A stretch of 64,000 bases of DNA from the human T2T-CHM13v2.0 reference genome, Homo sapiens. The position numbers were made by a program, and so were the translations under genes. Where the stretch lies: NCBI RefSeq assembly GCF_009914755.1, contig NC_060935.1. One strand, 5' to 3'. The notes under the pieces are model-generated. The model saw only the letters and a list, made by a program, of their open reading frames with translations. It had not been told where the DNA came from and ran no database searches. Shown here piece after piece: positions 21,785 through 38,984 of the stretch; positions within the stretch are counted from its first letter, which is position 1; each line of letters begins with the position of its first letter.

Positions 21785-23995
21785 TGATGTGGTCTGGCTC
21801 TGTGTCTCAAATCTTATCTTGAGTTGTAATCCTAATTATAATCCCCATGTGTTGGGTGAGGGACCTTGTAGGAGGTGATTAAACCATTGGAATGATTCCC
21901 CCATGCTGTTCTTATGATAGTGAGTGAGTTCTCACAAGATCTGACAGCTTTGTGAGGGGCTTTTCCCCCACTTTGCTCTGCACTTCTCTCATTCTTCTCT
22001 CTCCTGCCACCATCTGAAGAAGGATGTGTTTGCTTCCCCTTCTGCCATGATTGTAAGTTTCCTGAGGCCTCCCCAGCCATGTGGAACTGTGAGTCAATTA
22101 AACTTCTTTCCTTTATAAATTACCCAGTCCCAGGCGGTTCTTTATAGCAGTGTGAGAATGGACTAACTGGTGCCACAGAGAGTGGGGTACTGCTATAAAG
22201 ATATCTGAAAATGTGGAAGCAACTTTGAAACTGGCTAACAGACAGAGGTTGGAACAGTTTGGAAGGCTGAGAACAAGACAAAAAAAAATGTGGGAAAGTT
22301 TGGAACTTCCTAGGGACTTACTGAATGGCTTTGAACAAAATGCTCATGGACCTGCTATATGGACAATTAAGTTCAGGCTGAGGTGGACTCAGATGAAGAT
22401 GAGGAACTTTTTGGGAACTAGAGAAAAGTTGATTCTTGCTATCCTTTAGCAAAATGACTGATGGCATTTTGCCCTGCCCTAGAGATCTGTGGAACTTTAA
22501 ACTTGACAGGAATAATTTAGGATATCTGGCAGAACACATTTCTAAGTGGCAAATCATTAAAAAGGAAGCAGAACATAAAAGTTTGGAGAATTTGCAGCCC
22601 AACGTGACAGAAAAAAAAAATTCTGGGGAGAAATTCAAGCCAGGTGCAGAAATTTGCATAAGTAACAAGGAGCTAAATGTCAGTTACTAAGACAATGGGG
22701 AAAATGTTTCTAGGGCATGTCAGAGAGCTTCACAGCAGTCCTTCCCATCACAGACCCCAAGGCCTAGGAAGGAAAAATTGTTTCCTGGGTTGGGTCCAGG
22801 GCCCTCTTGCTGTATACAGTCTCAGGACTGTGTCCCAGCCACTCCAGCCATGGCTAAAAGGGGCCACGGTATCACTCAGGATGTTGCTTCAGAGGGTGGA
22901 AGCCCCAAGCCTTGGCAGCTTCCACACAGTATTGGTTCTGTGGGTGCACAGAAGACAAGAACTGAGGTTTGGGGAACCTCTCCCTAGGTTTCAGAGGACA
23001 TAAGGAAATGCTTGGATGTCCAGGTAGAAGTCTGCTGCCAGGGTGGGGCCCTCATGGAGAATCTCTGCTAGGGCAGTGCGGAAGGGAAATGTGGGGTTGG
23101 AGCCCCCATACAGAATCCCCCCTAGGGCACTGCCTAGTGGAGCTGTGAGAAGAGGGCCACCATCCTCCAGGCCCCAGAATAGTAGATCCACCAACAGCTT
23201 GCACCCTGCATGTGGAAAAGCCACAGACACTCAATGTCAGCCATGAAAGCAGCTAGGGCAGGAGGCTGTACCCTGCAAAGCCACAGCTTCCCAAGGCCAT
23301 GGGAGCCCACCGTTTGCATCAGCATGAACTGGATGTAAGACATGGAGTCAAAGGAGATCACTGTGGAACTTTAAGGTTCAATGACTGTTCTGTTGGATTT
23401 CAGACTTCTATGGGGTCTGTAGCCCTTTGTTTTGGCCAATTTTCCCATTCGGAATGGGTGGATTTACCCAATGCCTGTACCCCCATTGAATCTAGGAAGT
23501 ATCTAACTTGCTTTCTATTTTACAGGCTCACAGGCATAAGGGACTTGCCTTATCTCAGATGAAACTTTGAACTTGAACTTTTGGGTTAATGCTGGAATGA
23601 GTTAAGACATTGGGTGACTGTTGGAAAGGCAAGATTGTGTTTTGAAGTGTGAGGTCATGAGATTTGGGAGGAGACAGGGGCAGAATGATATGGTCTGGCT
23701 TTGTGTCCCCACCCAAATGTCATCTTGAATTACAATCCCAATTATAATCCCCATGTATTGGGGGAGGGACCTTGTGGGAGGTGATTGAATCATGGGGGAA
23801 GTTCTCCTGTGCTATTCTCATGACAATGAATGAGTTCTCACAAGATCTGATGGTTTTGTGAGGGGCTTTTTCCCACTTCACTCTGTACTTCTCTCATTCT
23901 CTCTCCCACTGCCATGTGAAGAAGGATGTGTTTGTTTCCCCTCCCACCATGATTATAAGTTTCCTTTAATAGCAGTGTGGAAACAGACTAATACT
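21785..23995 (+). mobile_element. Complete THE1D-like MaLR provirus (LTRs 21785-about 22166 and 23686-23995)
   Basis: Paired LTRs; TSD CTATC at 21780-21784 and 23996-24000. Confidence 0.93.
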
Positions 23996-25173
23996 CTATC
24001 CATCTGACAAGGGATTAATAACCAGAATATATAAGGAGCTCCAACATCTCTATAGGAAAAGACTCAATAATCCAACTTAAAAATGGGAAAAAGATCTAAA
24101 CAGACATTTCTCAAAAGAAGACATACAAATAGGCAAACAAGTACATGAAAAGGTACTCAACATCATTGAACATCAGAGAAATGAAAATCAAACTACAATA
24201 AGTTATCATCTCCCCCATTAAAATGGCTTTTATCCAAAAGACAGGCAATAACAAATGCTGATGAGGATGTAGAGAAAAGGGAACCATTACACACTGCCAG
24301 CGAGAATGTAAATTAGTAGAATCACCATGGAGAGCAGTTTGGAGATTCCTCAAGAAACTAGAAATAGAACTACCATACAATCCAGACATCCCACTGCTGG
24401 GTACATACCCAAAAGAAAGAAAATCAGTATTTTGAAGAGACATCTGCACTCCCACGTTTATTGCAGCACTATTTACAATAGCCAAAATTTGGAAGCAACC
24501 TAAGTGTCCCTCAACAGATGAATGAATAAAGAAAATGCGGTACATATACACAATGGAGTACTATTCAGCCCTAAAAAAAAGAATGAGATCATGTCATTTG
24601 CACCAATATGGATGGAGCTGGAGGTCATTACGTAAAGTTAAATAAGCCAGGCACTGAAAGACCACTTTGCATGTTCTCATTTATTTTTGGCAGCTAAAAA
24701 TTAAAACAACTGGACTCATGGAGATGGAGAGTAGAACAATGGTTACCAGAAGCTGGGAAGGGTAGTGAAGTGTTGGGAGGGATTAAAGTAGGGATGATTA
24801 ATGGGTATAAAAATATAGTTAGAAAGCGTGAATAAGATCTAGTATTTGGTAGCAAAGCAGGGTGACTACAGTCAACAACAATTTATTGTACATTTAAAAA
24901 TAACTAAAAGAGTATAACTGGATTATTTGTCACACAAAGAAGGGATAATTGCTTGAGGTGATGAATAGTCAATTTGCCCTAAGGAAATAATTTCACATTG
25001 TATGCCTGTATCAAAATATCTCACATATGCCATAAACATATACATCTAATATGTACCCACAAAAATTAAAAATAAAAATAAATAAAAATGAAAATTTTTA
25101 AAATTAAACAATTTTAAACAGTATATTGAGTTAAGGAGCTAGGCTCAAAAAGAGAACTTCTCTAATTTTATTT

Positions 25174-25472
<299 letters not shown>

Positions 25473-25484
25473 TAATTTTATTTA

Positions 25485-27290
25485 TACAAAGTTCACGAAC
25501 AGGCAAACTCAATCTCTGGTTATTAAAAAAAAGAAATTATTGTTTCAGGGTGGACACAAGATTGACAGAAAGAGTATGAGAGAAACGTCTGGTATGATGG
25601 AAATGTTCCATGTTTGTGAATCTCAATGGGAATACTGGCATACATTTGACAAATGTATATACCTGGTATAACTTCCTTCCTTCCTTCCTTTCTCTTGTTC
25701 TTTCCTATTAAGAAAAAAACATGTAAAATTATAACATTTGTCAAAACTCATTTATTAGTACCCTTAACATCCATTTACACTATATAAATTTTACCTAAAA
25801 AATAGTTAATGTAATTTACCAAATTAACAGAATAAAATTTAAAATCCTTTGATTATCTCAGTAGATGCAGAGGAAGCATTTGAAAAAGTACAACACAATT
25901 TTTTTAGTAAGAAAATATTTGCAACTTAGGAGTAGAAGAGAACTTCCTGAATGTAATCAGTGACATCTACAAAGAACTTTTAAAAATTGTATTTGATGTA
26001 AAATGTTAAAACCTTTCCCAGTGAGGTCAGGAATGAAACTAAGGTTTTCATTATCATTATCTATCCTTGTCTGTTCAATATTTACCATATATCCTAGCTA
26101 GTGTAGTAAAGCATGAAAAAGAAAAATAAAGAATGTAAAGATTTTTAAAGGAATATACGAAATACTTATTAGAACAGAAAATCCTGACAACTTTTCTTCC
26201 AAATATGTACAGACTCCTGAGAGATTTCTACTATGAAACAGGATGGAGTAACAGATACAAAATTTACTATCTAAACTGAAACAAGTAAAAATATGAGCAA
26301 AATATATGAAATAATAATTTTCAAGGCATTGGAAAAAGCACAAAGGACAGTAATGCCTGAGATGTGGTAAAGAAATGAGGTAAGCCCTATTCTCACAGAT
26401 TACTGCCAGGAGAATATTTTCAGGCCACAGCACAGAAATAGAGAACTCAGTTTATGCATGTAGTCTCTCTGAGAAGATGAAGCTGGGAATCTGCAGAGAT
26501 CAAGGCAGTGAGAATTTAAAGGACAGAGACTAGACAGGAGAGATCTCAGAGAGTACCGGAGATCTACAGAGGATCCGCCTTTAGTCTTTAGCAGAGCAGT
26601 TATCAGTACATGAACGAGAGGAAACTATCTGAAGCTGTGAAAAGAACCACCCAAAAGGATTAGAGAAAACAGTACTTAAGGCTGACACAGATCTAGGAAT
26701 ATTTCCTCTTCCCACTAGCCAAAATGTAAACCTTCTTAATTCACTAGGCATTGGGTAGAATGCCTGAGAAGTGTATTGTTTCACTAGTGGGGAAGAATTA
26801 GCCCTAGACTAACTGCTACTCTAGTCTTGTTTAACAAAGCACAAGAGCAAAAATTAAAAGGATAAAACAGATTTCATGTAACTGAAGTATCATGAAGAAA
26901 ACTATACAGAGCACTTCATAATTAAATTGCTTAAAATCAGTGATACAGAGAAAAATCTTAAAAAAGTCAGAGGAAAAAAGACACCTTATATAGAGGAACA
27001 AAGATAAGAATTACATCAGACTTCTCATCAGAAAAATGCAAGCCAGAAGACAGTAGTGCAACATCTTTAAAGACCTGACAGAAAAAAATGTGAACCTAGA
27101 GTTCTATATCCAAATATCTTTCAAAAATGAACACAAAATAGGACATTGAAATGCTGAAAGAATTCATTAACTGCAGAACCACACAATAAGAAATGTTAAA
27201 TAAAGTCATTCAGAAAGAAGAAAAATGACACCATATGTAAATCTGGAGTTATACCAAGAATGAAGAGCATTAGAACTGGTAACTACATGA
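25485..27290 (+). mobile_element. Degraded ancient L1M fragments (3'UTR, ORF2 and ORF1-like pieces)
   Basis: ATCTCAGTAGATGCAGAGGAAGCATTTGA (ORF2-like); CAGACTTCTCATCAGAAA...GCCAGAAGACAGT (ORF1-like). Confidence 0.6.
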
Positions 27291-27291
27291 G

Positions 27292-27442
27292 AATAATAGT
27301 TAATTTTATGTGTCAATTTTACTGTGCTAAGGGAAACTCTGATTGCTAGTAAATAGTTTTTCTGGATGTGTCTGTGAGGATGTTTCTGGAAGAGATTAGC
27401 ATTTGAATCAGTAGACCAAGAAAGAAGATCACCTTCCTTCTC
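27292..27442 (+). mobile_element. MLT2 LTR 5' fragment
   Basis: GTTAATTTTATGTGTCAA...GTGTCTGTGAGGATGTTTCTGGAAGAGATTAGCATTTGAATC. Confidence 0.8.
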
Positions 27443-27804
27443 TAATGACAATAGCCTTTTTGTTACCTAGAGACCTTTGTACTTGTTTTTTTCTGTAATT
27501 GGGAGCAAAAAAGGGGCCCAACATAAATACTAAAGGTCAAAACACAACATGTGAATATAATAATATTCATTGACTCTAATTTTAGGCCTCTGCATTGATA
27601 GGATGTAAATCACTTTTTCAATGAAAAAATTTAAGGCTCACAGGAGACAACCAAAATGTGTATATTTTATCCATTGTTTATTCTGTAGTTTTCCTAACTG
27701 ACATGGTCAAACCAACTTTTAAAATGGGCAAGAGTCTTGAATACAAACTTTCACAAAGAAGATGTTCAAATTAACAACAAACACATGAAAAGGTGCTAAA
27801 TTTC

Positions 27805-29096
27805 TTGGGGTTTTTTGTTTGTTTGTTTTTGCCTAAAGGATGTTTTTATTTTTTTTTTTTTTTATTTTACTTTAAGTTCTGGGATGCATGTGCCAAATGT
27901 GTGGGTTTGTTACATAGATATACATATGCTATAGTGGTTTGCTGCACCTATCGACCCATCATCTAGGTTTTAAGCCCCACATGCATTAGGTCTTTGTCCT
28001 AATGCTCTCTCTCCCCTTGCGCCCCACCCCTCAACAGGCTCTGGTGTGTGATGTCCCCTTCCCTGTGTCCACATGTTGTCATTGTTCAACTCCCACTTAT
28101 TAGTGGGAACATGTGGTGTTTGGTTTTCTGTTCCTGTGTTAGTTTGCTGAGGATAATGGTTTCCAGCTTCATTCATGTCCCTGCAAAGGACATGCACTCA
28201 TTATTTTTTATGGCTCCATAGTATTCCATAGTATGTATGTGCCACATTTTCTTTATCCAGTCTATCATTGATGGGCATTTGGGTTTGTTCCAAGTATTTC
28301 CTATTGTAAATAGTGCTGCAATAAACATACTTGTGCATCTGTCTTTATAGTAAAATAATTTATAATCCTTTGGGTATATACCCATTAATGGGATTGCTGG
28401 GTCAAATGACATTTCTGGTTTTAGATCCTTGAGGCATCACCACACTGTCTTCCACAATCATTGAACTAATTTACACTCCCGCCAACAATATAAAAGTGTT
28501 TCTATTTCTCCACATCCTCACCAGCAACGGTTGTTTCCTGACTTTTTAATGGTCACCATTCTAACTGGCATGAGATAGCATCTCATTGTGGTTTTGATTT
28601 GCATTTCTCTAATGACCAGTGATGATGAGCTTTTTTGCATATGCTTGTTGTCTTCTTTGAGAAGTGTCTGTTCATATCCTTTGCCCACTTTTTGATGGGA
28701 TTGTTTGTTTTTTTCTTGTAGATTTATTTAAGTTCTTTGTAGATTCTGGATATTAGACCTTTGTCGGATGGATAGATTTCAAAAATTTTCTCCAAATCTC
28801 TAGGTTGCCTGTTCACTTTCATGACAGTTTCTTTTGCTGAGCAGACGCTCTTTAGTTTAATTAGATCCCATTTGTCAATTTTGGCTTTTGTCACAATTGC
28901 TTTTGGTGTGTTAGTCTTGAAGTCTTTGCCCATGCCTATGTCCTGAATGGTATTGCCTAGGTTTTCTTCTAGGATTTTCATGGTTTTAGGATTTTAAATA
29001 TAAGTCTTTAACCCATCTTGAGTTAATTTTTGTATAAGGTGTAAGGAAGGGGTCCAGTTTCTGTTTACTGCATATGGCTAGCCAGTTTGCACAGCA
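27805..29096 (-). mobile_element. 5'-truncated L1PA10-like element with a double A tail, inserted in an older L1M
   Basis: 18-bp TSD GAAAAGGTGCTAAATTTC at 27787-27804 and 29097-29114. Confidence 0.93.
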
Positions 29097-29347
29097 GAAA
29101 AGGTGCTAAATTTCATTCATCATTAGGAAAATCCAAAATAAAACACAATGAGATGTTAAGTTAATGTTAATAATATGAAGCAGTAGGAAATCTCATACAC
29201 TGTTGGCAGTAGAGTAAACTGGTACAACACTTTGGAAAACAGTTTGGCATTTAATCCTGAGTTGAATTTATGCATAACCTACAAATTAGCAATTCTATTC
29301 CTGGCACTCAAATGGGTTATGCTTCATGAATAAATAAATCCCCAAAT

Positions 29348-29523
29348 CAGAGTAGTTACATGAGTATGTGACCCATGCAATTGCACAGGGCCTTGGACTT
29401 AGAAGGACCCTGTGCTTAGTTTAATTATCTGCTATAGTTGTCTTGAAATTCTTAATAAATGTTGAACAACAGACTTAACATTTTCATTTTGCAGAAAGAC
29501 GCACAAATATTCAGCTGGCCCTG
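29348..29523 (+). mobile_element. MER91A-like hAT DNA transposon relic
   Basis: CAG...CCCTG ends; GCACAGGGCC...AGAAGG...GTCTTGAAATTCTTAATAA...CATTTTCATTTTGCA. Confidence 0.75.
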
Positions 29524-29859
29524 TTTCTAAGCATATAACTAACAGAAATGTGTACACCAAGGGAAATACAGAGGTGTGCCTATACAACAAAACTAGAAAC
29601 AACTCATGTTATTCACCAATAGACTGAACAAATTGTGGAATATTCATAACATGAAATACTATACAGCAATGAAAATTAATGAAGTATAGCTGTATGCAAC
29701 TACATTATTAATCTCACAAGCATAATGTCAAGAAAAAGACGAATCTACGTGTATTTTAGAATCATCTTGCCAGTTTCACACAAATATATATGCACACACA
29801 ATTGTTGAGAGGTCGTTTGCAAGTTGTCATATCCCTCATTCCTGCTTTGAGAAATGTAG

Positions 29860-30056
29860 GAGCATACAGATGGAACTCTCCTTCACCTACATTCCTGAGT
29901 GAGGTCCACGTAAAGAGCCCTACCATCACCACCTGTTCCCCGACAAATTATGAACATGTAACATGAACAAAAAATAAACCTTTGGTCTTCTAAACTACTG
30001 AGATTTCAGAAATTATTTATTGCTGCACCATTATCCAGCCAAATCTGACTAGTGTA
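29860..30056 (+). mobile_element. Old MLT1 LTR 3' fragment
   Basis: AAATAAACCTTT...ACTGAGATTT...CTGACTAGT. Confidence 0.65.
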
Positions 30057-30639
30057 CAAATTCATCTAATGACCAAATAAGATTATCAATCTTTTTAAAT
30101 CCATCCTAGAAATATCTATTTTTTATCTTGTTCACTTGCTACAAGAATAAAGTCCTATGGCATCTAGTAGTCATCTGATAGAAAAATGTTCCCTTTTATT
30201 TTCCTAAAATAATTTTCATCATGCTTTAAAAAGTTCCCCTTAGTTCTAGTATTCTTGACTTTGGTGAACAAGTCTACTCAGACTCTTCATACACTTTACA
30301 ATTTTAATGACTCTGATCATACCCACCATTTACCTTTCCATTTCTATATTAAAGTTTCTTAATCTCAGATATAACTTTGCACATAAAATCTCCATGCCTT
30401 TGATTATTGTACCAACTTTCCTTTCCTCAAACACTTTAGGTCCAGTGTCTCCAGGACCACCAAATACAGTTATATGTTTTACATAAAACAACAAAGGCTC
30501 CCAGACAAGGAGATGAGTTTGTCTTTATCTACTAGTCATGTTACACATCCTCACATGAAACTATGGCAGGAGGATTGTAAACCATTTTCTTTAAACCAAT
30601 TTACCACTTTCTCTTCTAGCCAAGTAAACTTAGGGGTAG

Positions 30640-31292
<653 letters not shown>

Positions 31293-33662
31293 AGGGTGTT
31301 TTTCTAATGCTTTTTTATAGACTAATAGAGTTTCTGAGTTTGCCTATTGCTCAAAGTATTCTGCACCCCAGGTACTAAGACAATAAGGTTTGCTTTGGTT
31401 CTGCTTTGTTTTGGCTACCATTCTTACACTTCCTTTTGGGGCCTCAACAGTTTATTGCCAAGATCAGCTTCCTGAGTCTATTGGCCTAATGCCTTGTGGT
31501 TAGAAGTAGAGTTAAAATGCTTTGTCCCTCTGTATATTACATAGCTATCACACACTACTTTCAAAGCCACTTACTTTGACTTAGTTGTATAATAATTTCC
31601 TGAACTTGAGCAGGAAGAGTTAGGGGACCACTCAGAACTTCTTAGAGGCTTTCTGCCCTCCCCCTATTTCCCTCGTAAATAAAATAAAATTTTAAAATTA
31701 GACTGGGATTTCTTAAAATAAGTAAATGAAAATAGAAGAAACTCTTAATACAATGTATTCTTACATTATTCCCTTTCCTTACTGGTCATTAAAAGTATTT
31801 ATAACAACTAATTCAATTATTTTTAAATGCCAAGAGTATGAAATCATTATAGTGATATCAAACTTTAAAACAATAATTGTAAAATGATGAGTGTTGTTAT
31901 TCCCTTATCCTACATTCCTAAATAAGCTTGCTGTTGGAGAGGCTCTTTCAAGTGTTGCAGCATATACATCATCACCAGATGTTAGTACAGGAGCATGAAG
32001 CAAGACCATGCCAAACAGGGTGATTTAAGAATAACTGCTACCCCGAATTTCTACAACCTCAGATGCTCAAGCCAGTATTTAACTCAATTCAATACACATG
32101 TTTTTATATCTGCTTTGTGCCAGCACTTTGGGGTATTCAAAAATAAATCACAACTGAAAAATTAGAGCCTCTCATCCAAGACGTCACAAACCAATGGAAT
32201 TTTAAAATGTAGACTGATTGTTGCTACAGGAAAGGAGTTTTGAAAGAGGAATGAAAAAACTTGAGAAGGCTAGAAGGAAAAGAGCTAGTGGGAGGAAGAG
32301 ACCAGCTCTGAGCCTATCTTTGACAGGAAGAGAAGTGGGCGTAGACACCTGTGAAGGCATGATACAATAAAGTGAGCCTGTGACTGAATCAGGTTACACA
32401 GCGGTGGAGGGGTGGAGAAAGACACACGCTGCAAGATAAAATTAGAAAAGAAGGCTTCTTTCTTACCCTGGAGTTCATAGCAATAACATATTAAATAATC
32501 TGAATAGATTATAAATCTCCCAATAACCCTGTGAGAAAGATGCTAATATGTTCCCTATTTTATTGACAAATAAACTAAGGAACAAAAATGTTAAGCAACT
32601 TTCTCAAAGTCACATAACTGGAATTTTGAGAGACCCAGGATAACAAAATCCAAAACCTAGGCATTTAACCATATAATTTTATACCCATTATTATCCAAGG
32701 AGAGATCCAATATAAAGAAAAAAGTTGTTTAATACATTTAGGTATAGTTTATATGCAATAAGAAAAAATATTTCAATATCATAATCCCTCGCTTTTCTAG
32801 GTTCTCACTTACATAGTCCTCTACACTACGCAGTATATACAAAAGAAAAAGTGGTCTTACGTATGAAATACAAGCACATGTTAAAAAGCAAACTAATGTT
32901 TATATGTCTTTTAATTATTATTTATTCATAATAACTAGATGGAAACACCTAGTAATGAACAAGGACAGCAGAAAACTAGAGGGAACTGGCTCTAGCAGAG
33001 CTTCCTGGAAGATATTTTCCAAGACTAGTTTCCCTCATCTTTGTTCCATATGAGGAGCAGGAAGGCTTTAGGTTTAGTGATTCTGCCACAGATCACCTGC
33101 TGCTATCCTCTATACTTCCTTGTAGAAATACTGATTCAGAAATATGATGTATTCATTTGTTGTTATTCCTTTTCTATGCCTTTGAACAGAAATCAATTAT
33201 TGGCTAAGTTACATGAGTATCACAGAGCACACCAACTATTGTTACCTATATGTATGGTCTACAGATAGAACAGATCATAATTTCCAGTGCAGTAATATTT
33301 GGATGGGCAGTGCTGTCATATGTCACATCCTTTCTTTTTAACTTAATCTGTTAATAGCTCCACTGGAAGAGAATACTCTTCCAACTTAGACAGTAAAAGG
33401 TAAGAATTCTCTTATATACTAATGATCTGCCCATAGAAAAGGCTCTGAGTAGATAACTAACCCTGGTTTTTAATTTCTATCAGTAAGGATTGCAAGTAAA
33501 TTGTCCTGAAATCAAAGCTATTTTTTTTAATGTCCCACACCTGTTCCTTATCTTATGTTAAAAATTCCACGAAACAAAAAACAATGCATTTTGTTAAAGT
33601 ATACATTTTAGAAACAGGTTATCTTAGAATATATGAAAAGAAATTTTGTGACTCAAAATTAG

Positions 33663-34023
<361 letters not shown>

Positions 34024-34061
34024 TAACTGGCTAAGGTGTGCCTTTGGTTTTACTTGCTTTT

Positions 34062-35760
<1,699 letters not shown>

Positions 35761-36604
35761 GGTTTTACTTGCTTTTGAGTAGAGGTTAGAAAAAGTTTAT
35801 GACTCATAGCAAAGTATGATAGGAAGAGGAAAGGAAAATATAGGGAGATTTGTAGACCATGGTAAGGAATTTTGTTTGTTTTGCAGTGTGGTGATGCGGA
35901 GTATTTAGCTGACTTTGAGGAGAAAAAAGAAAAAAATAATTTCAAACATTGTAGGTATTATAAATATTACAGTATTGCTAGTACCATATAATGTTTACTT
36001 CCATAAAGATTATACCAATTTGATAGGTCATTGGATGGGGTCAAAATAAATAAATAAATATATATATAAAAATAATGTCAGTGCGTAGCAGTTTGCTCTT
36101 AATAATTTTTGTTGAATAAACTGAATGAATGAAGAGATATATTTTTTAAATTCCATCATTAAAAAGTTTAAATGTGGAGAAGGTAGAACTCTCATGTATT
36201 GCTGATGGGATTGCAAATTAGTGAAACCACATTGAAAAACAGTTTGGCAGTTCTCAAGAAGTTAAACAGAGTTACCATATAAACCAGCAATTCTACTCCT
36301 AGATATATGCCCAAGAGAAATGGAAACAGATGTCCACACAAAAATCTGTACACAAATGTTCATAGCAGCATTATTCAAAATAGCCAAAATACGGGAATAA
36401 CCCAAATATCCAACAATCAACTCATGAACAGATAAATAAAATATGATATATTCATACAAAAGAATAATATCCAGTCATAAAAAAGAATTAAGTACTGATA
36501 CATGCTACATGGATGAAGCTTGAAAACATTATGTTGGTGAAAGAAGCTAGTCACAAAAGGCCACATAATAATGTAGGATTCCATTTATATAAAATGTTTA
36601 AAAT

Positions 36605-36913
<309 letters not shown>

Positions 36914-37609
36914 TTAAATAGGCAAATCCATACAGACAATGTCAGGACTTAGAAAACAATACCCCCAAAGTACAGTACCTTGGCATGCTGCATCCTTTAA
37001 ATTGAAGCACTTTGGGAGGACCCCAGAAGCAGACTCTTTCTAAACTTATTCTCCTGCCCTCCTTTCTCCTCCTTTCCTCCTCTAAGGTAGGTCATAGAAA
37101 CTAGAACTAGAACCCTATTGAGAGGTGACAACGTGCTAGCAGCCCTCACTCGCTCTTGGGGCCTCCTTGGCCTTGGCGTCTGCTCTGCCAGTGTTTGAGG
37201 AGCCCTTCACCCTGTTGCTGCGCTATGAGGGCCCCTCTCTGGGGCTGGTTGAGGCTGGAGCCGGCTCCCTCTGCTCACAGGGAAGTGTGAAGAGAGAGGC
37301 GCAGGCAGGAGCTGGGGCTGCGTGCGGTGCTCACAGGCCAGTGCGGGTTCCAGGTGAGCGCAGGCTTGGCAAGCCCCGCACTCAGGGCAGCGGGCTGATG
37401 CCTGCTGGGCTTGATCAGAGGCTGAATCCCATGCATGGACCGCCATTCCCTTTTCACGGGATGATTGGCCACAATACCAGGTCTCCATCTCTTTCTCGCT
37501 TCCCCTCTTTTCCTCTTGATTGTCTGGGACGAGCTCCCTCTGGGCTGCCAGAGTGCCCAGACTAGGTGCCGCAAAGTCCCACAGTGAATGCCAGTGAGAG
37601 GTGAAGCTG

Positions 37610-37965
37610 ATTGGGCTTCTGGGACAGGTGGGGACTTGGAGAACTTTTCTGTCTAGCCAAAGGATTGTAAATGCATCAATCAGCATTCTGTGTCTAGCTA
37701 AAGGTTTGTAAATGCACAAATCAGTGCTCTGTGTCTAGCTAATTGGGTGGGGACTTGGAGAACGTTTGCGTCTAGCTAAGGGATTGTAAATGCACCAATC
37801 AGAACTCTGTGTCTAGCTAAAGGTTTGGAAATGCACCAATTAGCACTCTGTCAATATGGACCAATCGGCTCTCTGTAAAACGGACCAATCAGCTCTCTGT
37901 AAAATGGACCAGTCAGCTCTCTCAGGAGGATGTGGGTGGGGCAAGATAAGGGAATAAAAGCAGGC
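37610..37965 (+). promoter_or_regulatory. LTR12 U3 enhancer/promoter: CCAAT repeats, GATAAG and AATAAAA TATA-like box
   Basis: Several CCAAT motifs at about 37790-37890; GATAAGGGAATAAAAG near 37945-37960. Confidence 0.6.
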
Positions 37966-38506
37966 GACCAGAGCCAGCAGGGGCAACTGGCTCAGGTCAC
38001 TTTCCAGGCTGTGGAACCTTTGTTCTTTCACTCTTCGCAATAAATCTCGCTGCTGCTCACTCTTTGGGTCCGCAAAGCCTTTATGAGCTGTAACACTCAC
38101 CATGAAGGTCTGCAGGTTCACTCCTGAAGCCAGTGAGACCACCAACCCACCAGGAGGGATGAACAACTCCAGACAGGAGGGATGAACAACTCCAGACGGG
38201 AGGGATGAACAACTCCAGATGGGAGGAATGAACAACTCCAGACGTGCCACCTTTGTGAACTGTAACACTCACCACGAAGGTCTGCAGCTTCACTCATGAG
38301 GCCAGCAAGACCACGAACCCACCAGAAGGAATGAACAACTCCAGATATGCCGCCTTTAAGAGCTGTAACACTCACTGTGAAGGTCTGCAGCTTCACTCCT
38401 GAAGTCAGTGAGACCACGAACCCACCAGGAGGAAGAAACTCTGGACACATCTGAACATCTGAAGGAACAAACTGCGGACACATCATCTTTAAGAACTGTA
38501 ACACGC

Positions 38507-38916
<410 letters not shown>

Positions 38917-38984
38917 TCATAAAACCTAGAAACGTTACTGTAACCTTTCTATGTAAGAGCTGGCCATAAAGACATTCTCTGATC

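Larger units (their letters stand above)
16750..25110 (+). mobile_element. L1MA2/3-like element (ORF2 to 3'UTR) split by AluJ and two THE1 proviruses
   Basis: Colinear L1 sequence resumes after each insert; L1MA-type 3'UTR; internal (CA)n near 21185-21212. Confidence 0.85.

Noticed and set aside
18405-23793. Cluster of overlapping short ORFs as a gene
   Set aside because: All lie inside THE1 LTR/internal sequence and are broken by stops and frameshifts
37610-38460. CRISPR-like or novel repeat array
   Set aside because: These are ordinary LTR12 tandem repeats with no unique spacers, in a primate context
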